64,000 nucleotides of DNA from Felis catus (lineage: Eukaryota), in contig NC_058372.1 in NCBI RefSeq assembly GCF_018350175.1, forward strand, positions 48,858,001-48,922,000, in the 5' to 3' direction. The notes under the pieces are model-generated. The model saw only the letters and a program-made list of their open reading frames with translations, had not been told where the DNA came from and searched no databases. The translations under genes and the position numbers were made by a program. This document shows, in pieces, positions 11,901-24,753 of the stretch. Every line of letters begins with the position of its first letter. Within the stretch, counting starts at the first letter, position 1.

Positions 11901-14289
11901 TATTTCCCTATCTTCCTTCCCTTCTTTACAGTATGATCTGAACCTTACTCCTTTTATCTCCTGAGACAGCTGGCAGAGGGCCCCAAATTTAGGAGGTATT
12001 CAATAAAGGTTTGCTGAATTGAATTTGTATGAGCATGACTCATAACATGGTATTTGTTGCCAGTCACTTTATTTAATAATTTCTCCTTGTCTTGAATCCC
12101 TTACAAATTCTGTGCATCTTTTTGGGTAAGGAATGGTACTGTCCATTTTTCTACTATTGCCCTTCTTCCACAGTGCCCAGGATAGCACAAGTTACATCCT
12201 AAAGGCTCTGTAAATACTTGTAAACCACTCACTGGAAAGCAGACAGCCTGCCCCTTTCTCTGGGTTCAATGAAAATCTTCAGCGTGTGTGTGCGTGCACA
12301 CATACATGCACTTACCCATTTTCATGGGCCTTTTATTTCTAGAAGTCTCAGTCCGCCTCGGAACTCCAGCGATAATTCTGAGTTTACAGACATTCAGCAA
12401 GGATGATCAGATTGCACTTTTGGAAAAATCTATTTCAAGTGTGATAGCTTATGTGCCAAGGGCAAGGGTTCTTTCTTTTGCTACTAATAACTCAACAGGG
12501 GCAGCAGGCAGAAGTGCTGCTTGCAGGTTCTTCATTCTTCACAGGTGGAGCAGAATTACCTCGTATGGGCAACTGCATTTTACTTACTTAGTGGTGATCT
12601 GATTACCTTGATCTTAAGCATTTTAACTTTGTGCTATCCATGCCCACAGAGAGTTGGACAAAATGAGAAGGGCCTGTGGAAATACACATCTAATTTTATA
12701 TTGCAGTTGTATTGGTAATTGCAACTTAACCAGCTTTACTGCTAGTTCTGGAGGGAAGTGAAATTACATGCAATAATAAGATTTTTGAAGAAATGGATAT
12801 GATACATAACACAAGAGCCTTTCTTGATGAAATAGCTAATACTAAGTACACATATGGAAGTCTAATAAATAAGTTTTTTATTAAGGATAATTTGTTCAGT
12901 AGTCAATAACAAAGAAATGAGGAAGGACCATCCAGGGAGAGTGTGCTTTGCCCCTACTTCATTCTGAATTAAAATGATGTCTTTCCCTTTAGTGTATCTT
13001 TGGTGGAGGTTTCATAGAGACTGAGATGGGAGGGAGAAGGAACACTCAAAATACCTTTGTAGACCTTCAAGTCTCACAGTCTTCCTAGTGACTTGTACCC
13101 AATCATGTCAATACTAGGAAACTCTCAGGGAATGATCCCGTGGTGTTGGTAAACTGAACTTGATTCCTAAGACTAGTGTTTTCTTTTTTAATCACCTTGG
13201 ATACCTTAGTTTGATCAAGAGGTTTTGAACAAACAACTCCAGTGATTTATAGCACTGGTGTTCAATCATGTAAGTCCCACTAGGTTTTTGAAAGTGTCCT
13301 TTGTGGCCCACGGTAAAAGTAACCACGTTTTCTGTCATCCAGTTTATTGTTCTGTAATATTTACAGTGCCACTTGTGTGCTAGGGACAGCTTGATTTACT
13401 GTTACTAATCTCAAAGTCTTAGCCCTGGTGCCCAATTTTTGCTCCAACATATGAGGAGATCAAAATACAAGTACAAAAGTAAAATTGTGTGTGTGTGTGT
13501 GTGTGTATACATGGAAGCAACAATTAATTCTGACTAATCCCTCTTAACCCCTCATTCAGCTCTCAATATCAGGACTAAGCGAGCTTTTAGGAGGAAGAGG
13601 ACAGTTTTCCTTCATGAAAAAATGATAGACGTGCCCTGAACCGGTCTAATTTGTTATTAACAATTTGTTATGCAGCTCTCATCTTTGAATTTATTTAAGC
13701 CCTTCCTGCTCCTATTTTTACTTTCAGCTCATATAAATAATTGGCATAATAAATTCCATATGTTACTTCATTTGCAGTTAAGAACTTCCTTTCAAACTTC
13801 AAGAATGTTCCTCTAAATTTGCTCTCGTGGGATAGGGGGGAAAGATGCCTCTAATCATTATCTCATCTTAATTTCCATCACTTTCAAACTGTAGCTTTAT
13901 AATCTTCAAAGCCAGCTTGGCATTGAAAACAACAATGGCAGCAATATTTTGTAGAAACTTTGCCCTAAAAGATAGCATTATCTAAGTGCTCAATTCAGCC
14001 ATTACTTATGGTGTTGATACTGGCAGCTAGGCATGGAGAGGCAAAGTAGAGTAAAATGTAGCTCCTGTCTTCCAGGAACTCGCAACTGAGCCAGAGAGAC
14101 CAGGAGTATAAACTGGAGAATATAATGCACACTCAACTGAGTTATGTAAAACGTTATGGATGGCAACACAGTTGGGGGAGAGATTGCTCCTGAGAGACAG
14201 GAATTCATGAAACCCGCAGTATTGAACAGACACTTGAATTTTAAAGTAAGAGGAAGCCTTGTCTAAAAAATAACTGGTGAAAAGCAATA

Positions 14290-14535
14290 AATACAGGGAT
14301 TAAGAACATGGGGTTTGCAGTCAAAGAGAGCTGGGTTTGACTCGTATTTCTGTTGCTTCATAGATGTGTAACCTTGGGCAAATTGCTTTACCTCTGAAAA
14401 CCAAGGTTTCCTGTGAGATAAAATGAAGGTAATGTTGCTCTCTCCCCCTTAGAGTGTTGTCATAAGGCTCACCTGATATTTTGGGTGTAAAGCCCTTAGC
14501 ATAGTGCCTGCTTACATTGTTAGCATTTATGTGAT
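14290..14535 (+). mobile_element. Near full-length MIR
   Basis: ttaagaacatgggg...gctgggtttg...gtgtaaccttgggcaa...gtaaagcccttagcatagtgcctg. Confidence 0.85.
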
Positions 14536-14724
14536 CACTGTCATTGTTATAATCATCCAAACAGAGATCTGAGTTGGGGTTTCATTCTGTCTTCAGAGAA
14601 GCATCCGGTTGTCCCTTCCCGCTCATGATCCAAATAAAGCATGGCTAGTGTCATAGTTTTGTAAAGGGTGTGGAAGGAGGTTGCAGGTGCTGGTGTGAAG
14701 GAGACACACACACAAGGATGCCAC

Positions 14725-14897
14725 AGAGCATGGTGTTTAAAGTGTAGGCCCTAGACCTCATATTCATGAATAACTTGTTCAAATGCAGATTCATGGAGCC
14801 ACCCTTGCATCTACTTACTGGAGATAGATCTCAGTGTCTATATTTTATAGGCTTTCTGGGGTGATGTGTATACCCACTAGAGTATGGAAATCCCTTC
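14725..14897. mobile_element. MER5A-like hAT MITE
   Basis: aaagtgtaggccctagacc...aacttgttcaaatgcagattc...ggtgatgtgtatacccactagagt. Confidence 0.6.
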
Positions 14898-15048
14898 ATA
14901 TGTTGATTTAGCTCCAGTCTGCTGAGAACTCTCTGCTCACTAGAGGTTTCCCCAAAATTCTGGAGTTCCTTTTCCCCTCTAGCTCCTCACCAGAACTACC
15001 TGCTGACTCCATTTCTAATGTCATGCAGTTTTCCATGAGTACTTTTTC

Positions 15049-15264
15049 TAATTTTTTTTTTCAACGTTTATTTATTTTTGAGACAGAGAGAGACAGAGCA
15101 TGAACGGGGGAGGGGCAGAGAGAGAGGGAGACACAGAATCAGAAACAGGCTCCAGGCTCTGAGCCATCAGCCCAGAGCCCGACGCGGGGCTCGAACTCAC
15201 GGACCACGAGATGGTGACCTGGCTGAAGTCGGATGCTTAACCGACTGCGCCACCCAGGTGCCCC
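15049..15264 (-). mobile_element. Young SINEC_Fc-type Can-SINE
   Basis: many intact CpGs; perfect 15-bp TSD catgagtactttttc (15034-15048 / 15267-15281). Confidence 0.97.
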
Positions 15265-15711
15265 AACATGAGTACTTTTTCATCTTCTACTACAGGTCAG
15301 TCTGAGTGAGATTTCAGATATGTACACAGTAGATATTCTGCCTTGTTTCTCACACTTATGCGGCCAGCTTAACCCATATCTATTTCTCATTTCTTAATCC
15401 CTCTCTCACTCCCTTGCCACCCCATAGTCTTATCTGAAGAAGTATAGTAAGTCATGGATATGGAAAAGCTGGCTAGATGCGGACCATTATAGCCTTACAG
15501 TTGACCCTTTCTGTATTAGGGACTGTTTATTGACCACATAATTAAAGATTTATGTCCAATCATTTTGTAGATAAATTATTTCACAACTGTCATGGATTCT
15601 TAGATTGAGAGGTGTTGCTATTTCTGGGACAATGAAGTAAAATGTGTAAAATAAATAGCTACAGGGACAAAATCAAAGATACCAATTTCTAAGGCCTTGG
15701 GAGGGGAAGCC

Positions 15712-15885
15712 AAGAGTTGTGGTAAAAGAGATTTGAATCAGTCAAGAGTTCAAGTGTGGCTTCTCCTCCAATTAGCTGGAATTTGATTGAATTCACTTTG
15801 CATTTCAGGGTATCCGAATTTCATGTCCATACTTCAGGAATTGGACCAGATAGTATCTAAGATTCTTTCCAGCTTTATCATTCTT
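15712..15885 (+). mobile_element. MIR3/MIRc-like fragment
   Basis: 3' end ttggaccagatagtatctaagattctttccagctt. Confidence 0.6.
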
Positions 15886-16039
15886 TGTTTGTATAAGTTT
15901 ATAATTCCTCCCTAGAACATTCTGAGATTTAAGTGTCATGATATTCTGGTTGAAGGACACATTCCTAGTATATATCCTGGAATTGATATCTCTAATTTTA
16001 TATATAGTGTTATAATAAATAGTAATATACTTTTTGCAT

Positions 16040-16250
16040 CATATTTATATATCACTTTACAGTTTTTAAATTTTTACATACACTATTTCATGATCAAAAA
16101 AACCCTCTGAAACATGTTGTGTAGGGATTATTGTCTATTTTTGAAATGAGGACACAGAAGCTAAGAAAGTTAGATGATTCATCCCAAGCCACACTGCTAA
16201 CACATGACAGAGACAGGACTTAATTCAGTAGTCTTTCCCTCAAATCACAC
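16040..16250 (-). mobile_element. MIR
   Basis: aaatgaggacacagaagctaagaaagttagatgattcatcccaagccacac. Confidence 0.75.
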
Positions 16251-16646
16251 AACTGCTCATATTTAAATAGAGAAAATAACTTTTCTGTGGGTATAAAGTA
16301 AGCTTAACAACTGCGAAACCGAAACCTCACCCCAAGCATCACCTCAATGAACCATCGTATCTAATGACGTTAAACAGAAGCTATGACAATCCATGGTTCT
16401 CAGGAAGATGGGCATATCTGTTCAGCCTCCTGGGTTTGTAAGATAAAAATGAAAAGATCTAATACATGCATATAACTTTATAGTTTTCAAAAGATGTGTT
16501 TTACTATAGAAATATGTTTTTAAAAACAAATTAAATTATTAAAGATGGAAAACTGAAGGTCAGACAGATGCCTACTGATAGAGAGCAACAGAATCAGATC
16601 AGATCCAGGTTTTCTGAGTCCTAGACCCTAGTCCCACTCCACCGCA

Positions 16647-16759
16647 TAGGGTGACCCACCGTCCCAGTTTGCTTGAGCCTGATAGATTTCCTAGTGTGTG
16701 AAATTTTCAGTGCTCAAACTGAAATTTTCAGGCAAACTGGCATTAACTTGGTCCCCCTA
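16647..16759. mobile_element. MER81-like hAT-Blackjack MITE nested in a minus-strand MIR (~16470-16775)
   Basis: TIRs tagggtgacc / ggtcccccta; 8-bp TSD ccaccgca / ccatcaca. Confidence 0.8.
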
Positions 16760-17574
16760 CCATCACACTGCCTAAGTTCGAACACATACTGTCCCCATTC
16801 TGATTTTACCACCAGGCAATCAATGGTTAAGTCAACAGGTCTCTGGGATCACTAAGTGACCCATCTTGTTATCAAGATGAAACAGGAATAATAATGATAA
16901 TTGTGTAACCAAGATCTTGATTATGATACTAATCAAAACATTTGCCATAACAATGTCAATTATCATTAAATAGCATTTCCTTGCTTACAGTATGGGAACC
17001 AAGCCAACAATATAATAAACCACCCACGATGGAGTGCAGGGATGTTGCCTTTGTTCTAGAAAAGGACCACATAAAATAAACTCTATAGAATTATTTATAA
17101 ACTGATGTGATAATTTTTTTTTATTAAGTCCTTTAAGTACACTTTTGTTAGTCCCAAAACAGAAAAGGGTCTTTCACCAGAACAGGAATTGATTATAAAA
17201 TGTAGCATTTGAAGAAATGGTACTCTCTTCGGTCATAAATAGAAAACAGCCACATAGAATTCTTATTTCTGTCACTTCTTTTATGGTGTGCTATATAGTT
17301 ACCAAATGCTTTAGAAAACTACTCTCAGACTGTGGATGTATTTTTGTTGTTGTAGTCTGCCGATTTTTATATCATTGGTGAATTTATTCCAGTCCTGAGC
17401 TCTTTTTAACCCCTGTCAACTTTGATTAAGTCAAGTTAGTTCTCATTTCAATATCGACCAAGATTTTGGTCGACAGCAAGAATGACCTCTGGTTTCCTCC
17501 CAAGACATCTTAGCTATAAAGTGAATCATAAACTCTGAGAGGTTGGCCTAGACACTGATGTGTTTCTATTCAAA

Positions 17575-17770
17575 CTGAGTCAGGGAACAAAAGGGAGATG
17601 GTTTACAATCATGGTACAGGACATCCACAGTAGACAGAAGGAAGGGCTTCCTGGTTTAATGGTTGGGGAATGCTGGGACTTATTCTTATAAGTTGAGGAA
17701 TCCCCTTAAGTGGAAACCTTGATTGGAGGCAATGTGTAACTAGGTTGTTTTTGGAATACTTCCAACCCAC
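17575..17770 (+). mobile_element. CR1/L3 LINE 3' relic
   Basis: gggagatggtttacaat...tagacagaaggaagggcttcct...gaggaatcccctt...tggaaacctt resembles the CR1/L3 3' end. Confidence 0.5.
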
Positions 17771-17969
17771 CTCATAATGAATGATAAAGTTTGGAAGGTA
17801 GGGATGGGATGCTTATGGGAAGAGGAGAGAGTGACCCCATTTGTAAGGGTGATGATGTCTTGAATCAGTTTCTGTTGTGACTCTAGACTCCTGAAGCTGG
17901 CCAGCCTCTCTAATCAAGCTTCTTTCAGTCAGACAGCTGAATTTGCTAGCTTTTATTTCTGTTATATGA

Positions 17970-18185
17970 GATCATTTTCCTTCTGATTCTTTAAAACAAT
18001 ACAACATGTAAGTGAAAAGAACCATGGGTATTAACAAGCGGAATGTCTTTATTTTACAGCTGAGGATGCTTAGGCTCAGAACTGTCAAAGGATTTGCCCA
18101 AAGCTACACGGCTGGGAACTTGCAGAGTAAGCCAGAATACAGGCTTCTTGCCTCCTTGTTCTGTGCTTGCTCACTGCTCCTTTCC
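17970..18185 (-). mobile_element. MIR
   Basis: attttacagctgaggatgcttaggctcaga...gatttgcccaaagctacacggct. Confidence 0.8.
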
Positions 18186-18665
18186 TCTGGCTCATTTGCT
18201 ACATTTAGGAGGTATTTTCCCCTCACTGTGTGGTGGTGTGAGCTTATACAAGTAATTGTGGCAGGGTGGTGAACTAAAAAGAAGATAAGTCATGTGTCCT
18301 ACATGTTTCCTGTTCTAGGTTGGAGTCCCCAGCAGTGCTCAACCCAATGGCTCTGCCTCTCTAGTCTGTCAGTTCTTGATGCCTCTGCCAATGCTGAAGT
18401 CATCTCATTTGATCTCAGAGTGAGGGGAATTACTTTGTTCTTCAGGGGCACTGGGGAATAAAAGGTGTTCCCCCAAATAAGAAGCAAATAAGGCTCTGAA
18501 GCAAACTGTGTGAACAGATACAAAGTGTGATTGTAACATAATAAAATTGGTTTCTAACAAAGATATAACAGAAGGTAAGAGGTAAGTGCTTAGATGAGCA
18601 TTATCCTGTGTACCCATTCTAATGAAGTTTGGCACCTTTTTGGAGCTCCACTTTAGAATGGATCA

Positions 18666-18666
18666 G

Positions 18667-18698
<32 letters not shown>

Positions 18699-18710
18699 GC
18701 TGTTGTTGTT
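18666..18710. repeat. (GTT)n microsatellite
   Basis: direct reading. Confidence 0.95.
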
Positions 18711-18749
18711 TTGAGCTGTGTGGGGCTGTCAGTTTAAGAAATACAGTCA

Positions 18750-19130
18750 CCTAAATTTTACCAAAGAAAACCGTTATCCACTAGAGTCATCCATCTTATT
18801 GCAGATTTTTCTGCTTGTCATCTCTATCCTGTCACAAGATGTGACCAATGTATTTTTGTCTTATTCAATCAAATTGAATGTTATGGACTAAGAGTTGACT
18901 CCAGACAACTCCTCACAAAGGGTACATTTGAAGGTATTGAAAGGAATGTACATAGATCCTGGAAACATTTGCAGATAGGTGTGGCAAGTGTTATTTGAAA
19001 TAATAGGGACACATTACTGGAATGCATGTGTCAACTTCAGAGTGCTGATTTTGAGGGTAGCATTTTGTGATGCAAAGGTTCTTTTGTATTTGGTGAAACC
19101 TCAAATTGTAGTTTCTATACAAGATCATTT
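18750..19130 (+). mobile_element. Mariner (MARNA-like) transposase relic
   Basis: 19018-19058 translates with one frameshift to W-N-A-C-V-x-L-Q-S-A-D-F-E-G (mariner C-terminal W..CV...G.YFEG); SQDV near 18830 where YSPDL is expected. Confidence 0.55.
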
Positions 19131-19258
19131 ATCAGTTGTTTGTATTTAAATATGATAGTTTTGTTAACAGAGTTAGAAAACATGTTAAAACTTATCAGCC
19201 TCACCAGGCTCATTGGAACAATTTTAGAAATGACTGCTAATACTAACTAAAGATGTGA

Positions 19259-19446
19259 GAGGCACTTGGGTGACTCAGTTGGTTAAGCGTCCAACTTTGG
19301 CTCGGGTCATGATCTCACATTTCATGAGTTCAAGTCCTGCGTTGGGCTCTCTGCTGTCAGCACAGAGCCAACTTCAGATCCTCTGTCCCCCTCTCTATAC
19401 CCCTTCCTCACTCTCTCAAAAAATAAATGAACATTAAAATTTTTTT
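19259..19446 (+). mobile_element. Can-SINE
   Basis: gaggcacttgggtgactcagttggttaagc head, CT tract, aaaaataaa tail; no clear TSD. Confidence 0.95.
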
Positions 19447-19591
19447 GTTAGATATTTTTGTTTTCAATTGTTTTAAAACAATTCAATGAAAATTGGAGTT
19501 TGGTCTGAGACCAAGCTATCTAGTTGATCAAATATCTCTACTTTGATATGGAATTATATTCAATCACTGTGTCTGGGTGCAGATATTCTTA

Positions 19592-19803
19592 TTTTTTAAT
19601 GTTCATTTATTTATTTTGAGAAAAAAACCTAGAAAGAGAGCAAGAATGAATAGGGGAGGGGCAGAGAGAGAGAGGGAGACAGAGAATCCAAAGCAGGCTC
19701 TGTGCTATAAGCACAGAATGGGACTTGATCCCTTGAAACATGAGATCACAACCTGAGCCAAAATCGAGTCAGATGCTCAACCAACTAAGCCACCAGGGAC
19801 CCC
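19592..19803 (-). mobile_element. Can-SINE
   Basis: TSD tgggt(g/t)cagatattctta (19574-19591 / 19804-19821). Confidence 0.95.
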
Positions 19804-19925
19804 TGGGTTCAGATATTCTTAACAGTGTGGACAGATAATTTGATTCAAATAAACTCAGATAAATGAGCTATATCTTAATTAATAGTTTATTTGTTAGAAA
19901 TCATCCAACCTCTAGAGTCTAATCG

Positions 19926-20140
19926 CCATGTTGTTCAATGGGTGTGTGTAGGCACTTGGGGAAGATAAACTTTTTCTGTGCAGAGAAGTCCTATGCTTTG
20001 CAGGTTGTGTGGCATCCCTGGACATACTCTAAAAACCAGAGGAACTCAGGAAAATGTATGTAAAACAGAAATGCTCCACACATTTCCAAATGCTCCTTGT
20101 GGGTAGGAGAGGAGGTGTTGCCTGTGGTTGGAAACTTCTG
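19926..20140. mobile_element. MER20-like hAT MITE
   Basis: gcaggttgtgtggcatccctgg...aaatgctccacacatttccaaatgctcc...gttggaaacttctg. Confidence 0.7.
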
Positions 20141-20179
20141 ATCAGATAAAGATAATAAAAATGGTGATAAAAAGAATGT

Positions 20180-20380
20180 AGAGCTTATTAGTTGTGTGGC
20201 CCAGAGCAAATTACTTATCCCTGGGCCTCAGTTTCTTCATTTGTGTAATGAGAATAATAATAAGGAACCTCATAAGATTATTGTCAACGCGATTATAATT
20301 AATGAATATAATAATGCACATAAAGTTCTTAGTGAATCACCTCATGATTGGTAGGCAAACAGTATGTAATTAACTTCTAT
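20180..20380 (+). mobile_element. MIR
   Basis: ctgggcctcagtttcttcatttgtgtaatgagaataataa. Confidence 0.8.
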
Positions 20381-21009
20381 TCATTCTTTCTCTTCTTCAT
20401 TTAAAATTTTCCTTTCGTAGGAAGGGCTGGACTTGACTTCTGGACAAGCAGGGCTATTGTGGTGGATGTGTCCAGACATGAAACAGAGGGCCTCAGAAAA
20501 TCTGTTCAGGAGTGTAAATATTCCAGCAATGGGACATGATGTCTAGTGTAGATTTGAGAATCTCACTTGGTTCCATCCTACATGCACAGTTCACTTACCT
20601 GAACATTTAACTTTGACATCAATCATCAATTTGTCATATTGTCCAGCAAATCAGTTTCCTATGAATGTGTTTTATCTGTTGCAGACCAGCTTGTGACCAG
20701 CAAGTAACCTCCAAGGAGTAGATGTGACTCTCAGATTTTCTCATTTCAGACAATGTTTTTTGCGATAGGAAAAAACAAACAAATAAACAAACAGTCAGAC
20801 TGAATAGGTACCAGTCATTTTCCTGAAAAGTTGGCTTCCAGTGTAATTCCAGTGTCGGAATCCTTTATTTCTCTTGAAATGCAAACTCTATAAAATAGTC
20901 AAAGTGGAATTTTATACCACACCCAGCTTTTGGTGTCTCCCTCCTTGAAAATGGACAGCAGCCCAGAGAAGTGAATGTTCACTACAAGACCCATTGTTTC
21001 CAAGATTCA

Positions 21010-21500
21010 GTAAACACTTAACTGAAAATCCACTAGTGTTAGGCCAAGGCCATGGAGACTAAGATGAGTTGTATGGACAGCCTAATACATAGATTAAGAG
21101 TAATAATAATAACAATGACTGTAATAATAATGATTCAAATGTTCTGGGTAGTGTTTCAGAACATCAAAAATATTAACTAATTTTAACTCTCGTGATAATC
21201 CTATGATGAAGTCACTATTGTTTCTTTTTTACAAATGAGAAATTTGAGGCCCAGAAGACTGTTGTCAATACAACCAGTAAATGGTGGAGCCAAGGGTGAA
21301 ACCAGGCTACCTGGCTCAAAACTCTAGCCCAGAGAAGGGCATGCCTCACTGTCTGGAGGACTAGAGGAAAAAACTTCACAGAATGGCATCTTGATGTTAT
21401 GTCTCAAAAGATGAATGGGTATTCTCCAGGCAAGTATGGCAGGGAGTGGTTATGCTAGGCAGAGGGAATAGAATCTGAACAGATTTAAAAGTTTTAACAC
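21010..21500 (-). mobile_element. L2 relic interrupted by a MIR (~21110-21330)
   Basis: attcagtaaacacttaactg (L2 end); ttttacaaatgagaaatttgaggcccagaaga (MIR); aacttcacag...aaaagatgaatgggtattctccaggca (L2). Confidence 0.65.
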
Positions 21501-21519
21501 TAAGTCTGCTATCACACAG

Positions 21520-21984
21520 TGCAAATGGATAATGTCAGGAAGTTTAACATAGAGACTAATTTAATAGTGTGAGTGGGATTTCAGGATACCACTAAGGGGT
21601 GTGAAGTCCCAGAGCTATTAACATTAGAAAGTTATTTCCACCTCAAGGCCTAAAGGGGCAAAGGAGTGAGGTGAAGGTGTGATTCTCCAGGACCACAAAG
21701 AGTAACTGTATGGAAATAGGATCAGGACAGGAGCCTTTGGTAGAGGAATGCAGCCAGTCTACAGCAACCTAGCATAGAGGGAGCAGGGAATACATCCCCA
21801 AATCCATGCTCTTCTCATATTCTAGGCTTCTACTTGTGCTGCACATTGGCTGAAACCAGCTAAAAGCCCTAGGGCCAATGAATCCATAGACACTGTCCGA
21901 AATGGTCAGCCTCTCTGGGTACAGAACAGGACAGGAACATTGGACAGTGGATCTGGAGGGGCAAATGGACAATCTCTAGAACAC
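21520..21984. mobile_element. ERVL solo LTR (LTR40/LTR41-like)
   Basis: cattggctgaaaccagctaaaagccctagggc...ggtcagcctctctgggtacagaacagg...gtggatctggaggggcaaatgga. Confidence 0.6.
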
Positions 21985-22729
21985 AGAGCCAATACACTAT
22001 GAAAGAGTTTTGACATACTTTTGAATGGTTTTGTACAAACTTAACTTTTGAGTAATTTCCAAATACCAAGTTTGGATCTACTGCTGACTGACAGTAGAAA
22101 GCCTATCTCTTTCCCTAGAGAAAGAAGATCATAAAGCCATAGTTATATTTGATGGGGATCTTTTCCCAGATGTTTCTGAAACCTGACCCCATACCAATAC
22201 AGTAGTAACTTAATACCAGCTCACATTCAGCAGGTTCAAAAGTAACTTTTTTCAGTTGCCCCTAACTTAATTAATATTTTCATAATTAGCCAGGAGACTT
22301 CCTGAGTGAAGATGAGATATTTGGATACTTGTAGCTATTAGTGAATTATCTGAGCACAAAAACAGTCCTATGTTTCTTTCAGGCAGAAAAATAAAATAAG
22401 TTACTTTCATCTGCTTCTAATTCAAAAGTAGACAGAGTGAATTTGATTCAACATTATAAAAAAAAATCACCTTTTGGCTGAGATCATGCATGGAAAAAAT
22501 CAACCCCAAAGGACGGAATTTTGGAACATAATATGCAAGCAAAAAAGTGGGCTGGATAAAAAGGAAGGAAGAATATTCCAGTTGAAATCTGTAAATAATA
22601 TGAGCTTACCTGTTAATGTTCACTTGTGCAAATAATCTAGGAAGAGAATTACAGTGCTACCACCAAGGAAGATGGAATACCTTCCCCTATGGAGAAACTG
22701 AGCAGGGTTAAGATAATTGAGCTATTTAG

Positions 22730-22940
22730 TAATAATTATTAACATTTGTATTTGCCCAGACACTGTAATAAGTATACCTATTTAATCCTCTCTCTATAAG
22801 GTAAGTTTTATTATTAGGTTCATTTTACATACAAATAAACTAAGAGTTGTAGAGGCTAAATGACCTTTTCAAGGTTTTATGCCGTAAATGACTTAGTTGA
22901 GCCATAAAGTCAGACCTTCTTAATTCTATAGGTCAGCATA
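22730..22940 (-). mobile_element. MIR
   Basis: tatttaatcctc...cattttacatacaaataaactaagag...aaatgaccttttcaagg. Confidence 0.7.
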
Positions 22941-24671
22941 GTTTTGTTTAAAAAAAAAAAAAAGAAAAGAAGAAATGGCAAGGTAACACTGCCATAGACA
23001 TACTGGTTTCCAATGATTTGAGTTAATTGATTAGAATATCTGGTGAACTTGAAAAGAGAGCCAATTACCTGTCACCTCTGTGGGTGGATGTACAGTGTCT
23101 TTCTTTACTATATTTCTGAACTTACATTTCCTGAGTAGAGCTCAGAACCACTTTAGAACTTTAGAGCTGTTAAGATACCAAAGCTAGGACAAAGCACAGG
23201 GTATTTATATATGTATGTATACATATACATACATATGCATATATACATATATACACGCGCACACACTCACACACACAAAGAATATATCAACAGCCATGAT
23301 TAGTCCAAGGCTGACCTTGGCCTCTGTTGTGTTTTGGAGAAAGGTGCCTCCGGAATTTTGTGAAGTGGGATCTATGTTTGTCCCATGGACTAACAGCATC
23401 ATAGGTTGGTAATATTCCCTGGTATACCTGTTCTTAAAAAATAGTTATCAATCAACTGATACTGCTAAAAATGTTTATTAAATTTAGTAGATTTGTGTTC
23501 AGTCAATTAGCACAGGTAAAATATGTGCTAAGTCAATTAGATTTTCAGACTAAAACATCTCTTGAGATTTGTGTATTTACATTTATTGATGTTGCCTAAA
23601 ACTAGGAGCTTCTTATATCTGCTGTTCTGGGATTAGGTAAATAAGTCAGGCATATAAAAAGCCCTCAGTGAGGTAGTCACTTCATGAGGTAAATGTTTGC
23701 ATGCTCACATAATCCTTTTTATAACAATTGGCCTTGATTAGTTTCCCATTTAATTTCTATATTTGTATATTGAAAAACACTTATTAATACAGAAAGGATT
23801 TCTGGGCCAATAAAGTGGCATGTTAAGTTTGTTCCTTTCTCCCACCCTTCTTTTCTTTGAGATATATATGATTGCTATTGGTGATGTATGTAGAGGCATG
23901 TACTGTATCGTGGATTATGGTATACAATTATTTACCACACTCACATTAAGAGGGGTGAGAGGGCAAACGGACAACCTACAAAAGATCTAACCTCACCGGG
24001 AAATGCTGGCAGAGAGGGAAATAACCTTCATATTCCTACCACCTTCCTAGATATGTACATTGAGGCACAGCCCCCTCTGCCTGTCGGGAAAGTATGAGGC
24101 AATCTAGGATAAGGGCATCATTTGGCTTTGACATTGGGCCTACTGGTCTGCCTTGGTGCTGCTTCTTGTGTTACCTGAGAGTTCACCTTTGGGAATTTGT
24201 AAAATCAGAGGCATTATCTCCAGATAATGCTGTGTTACCTGGGAAAGAAAGATGGATAAGTGGTCTGTCAGCAAATATGAGCTGTCTTTTTTTTTCACAT
24301 TGATGTGTGGTGCTTCAGGCCTCGGAGCTTGGGAGTAGGACAGAGAACTTGACTGGGGGCTTGGGTCTGCCTTGACAGAGACAAGGAGAAACCACTGAGG
24401 AGGGAGCTGAGGCTGGGCAAAGCCTTCAGACCAAGGAACAAGAGTAGTGGCTGCAGGCATGAGGGCTTTTCATCAGGTTAGAAAATTGAAAGGGAATGAA
24501 TTAATAAAAGATCTTGGAGTGTGACCAGATGTGGGAAGATCCTCAACAAATAAGCGAACTTTTTTTCCTATTTGCCAGTTTACCTTTTGGTCAGCCCTGT
24601 CTATAAGGGCAGTGTGGCCTCTAGTAATTTATGACTACAAGTATGCTTCTTTATTCCGTATTATGTATTTG

Positions 24672-24703
24672 ATTTTTTAAAATATTAATGTTTATTTATT
24701 TTT

Positions 24704-24753
<50 letters not shown>

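Noticed and set aside
12288..12602. FSKDDQIALLEK resembles the nuclear-receptor F..L...DQI.LL signature
   Set aside because: Spacing is wrong and the surrounding ligand-binding-domain residues are absent; coincidence
15078..15305. Recurrent peptide RQRETEHERGRGRERGRHRIRNRLQ (also 60954-61169) and MAQ.VK...AQVMIS ORFs
   Set aside because: Translations of Can-SINE copies, not a gene family
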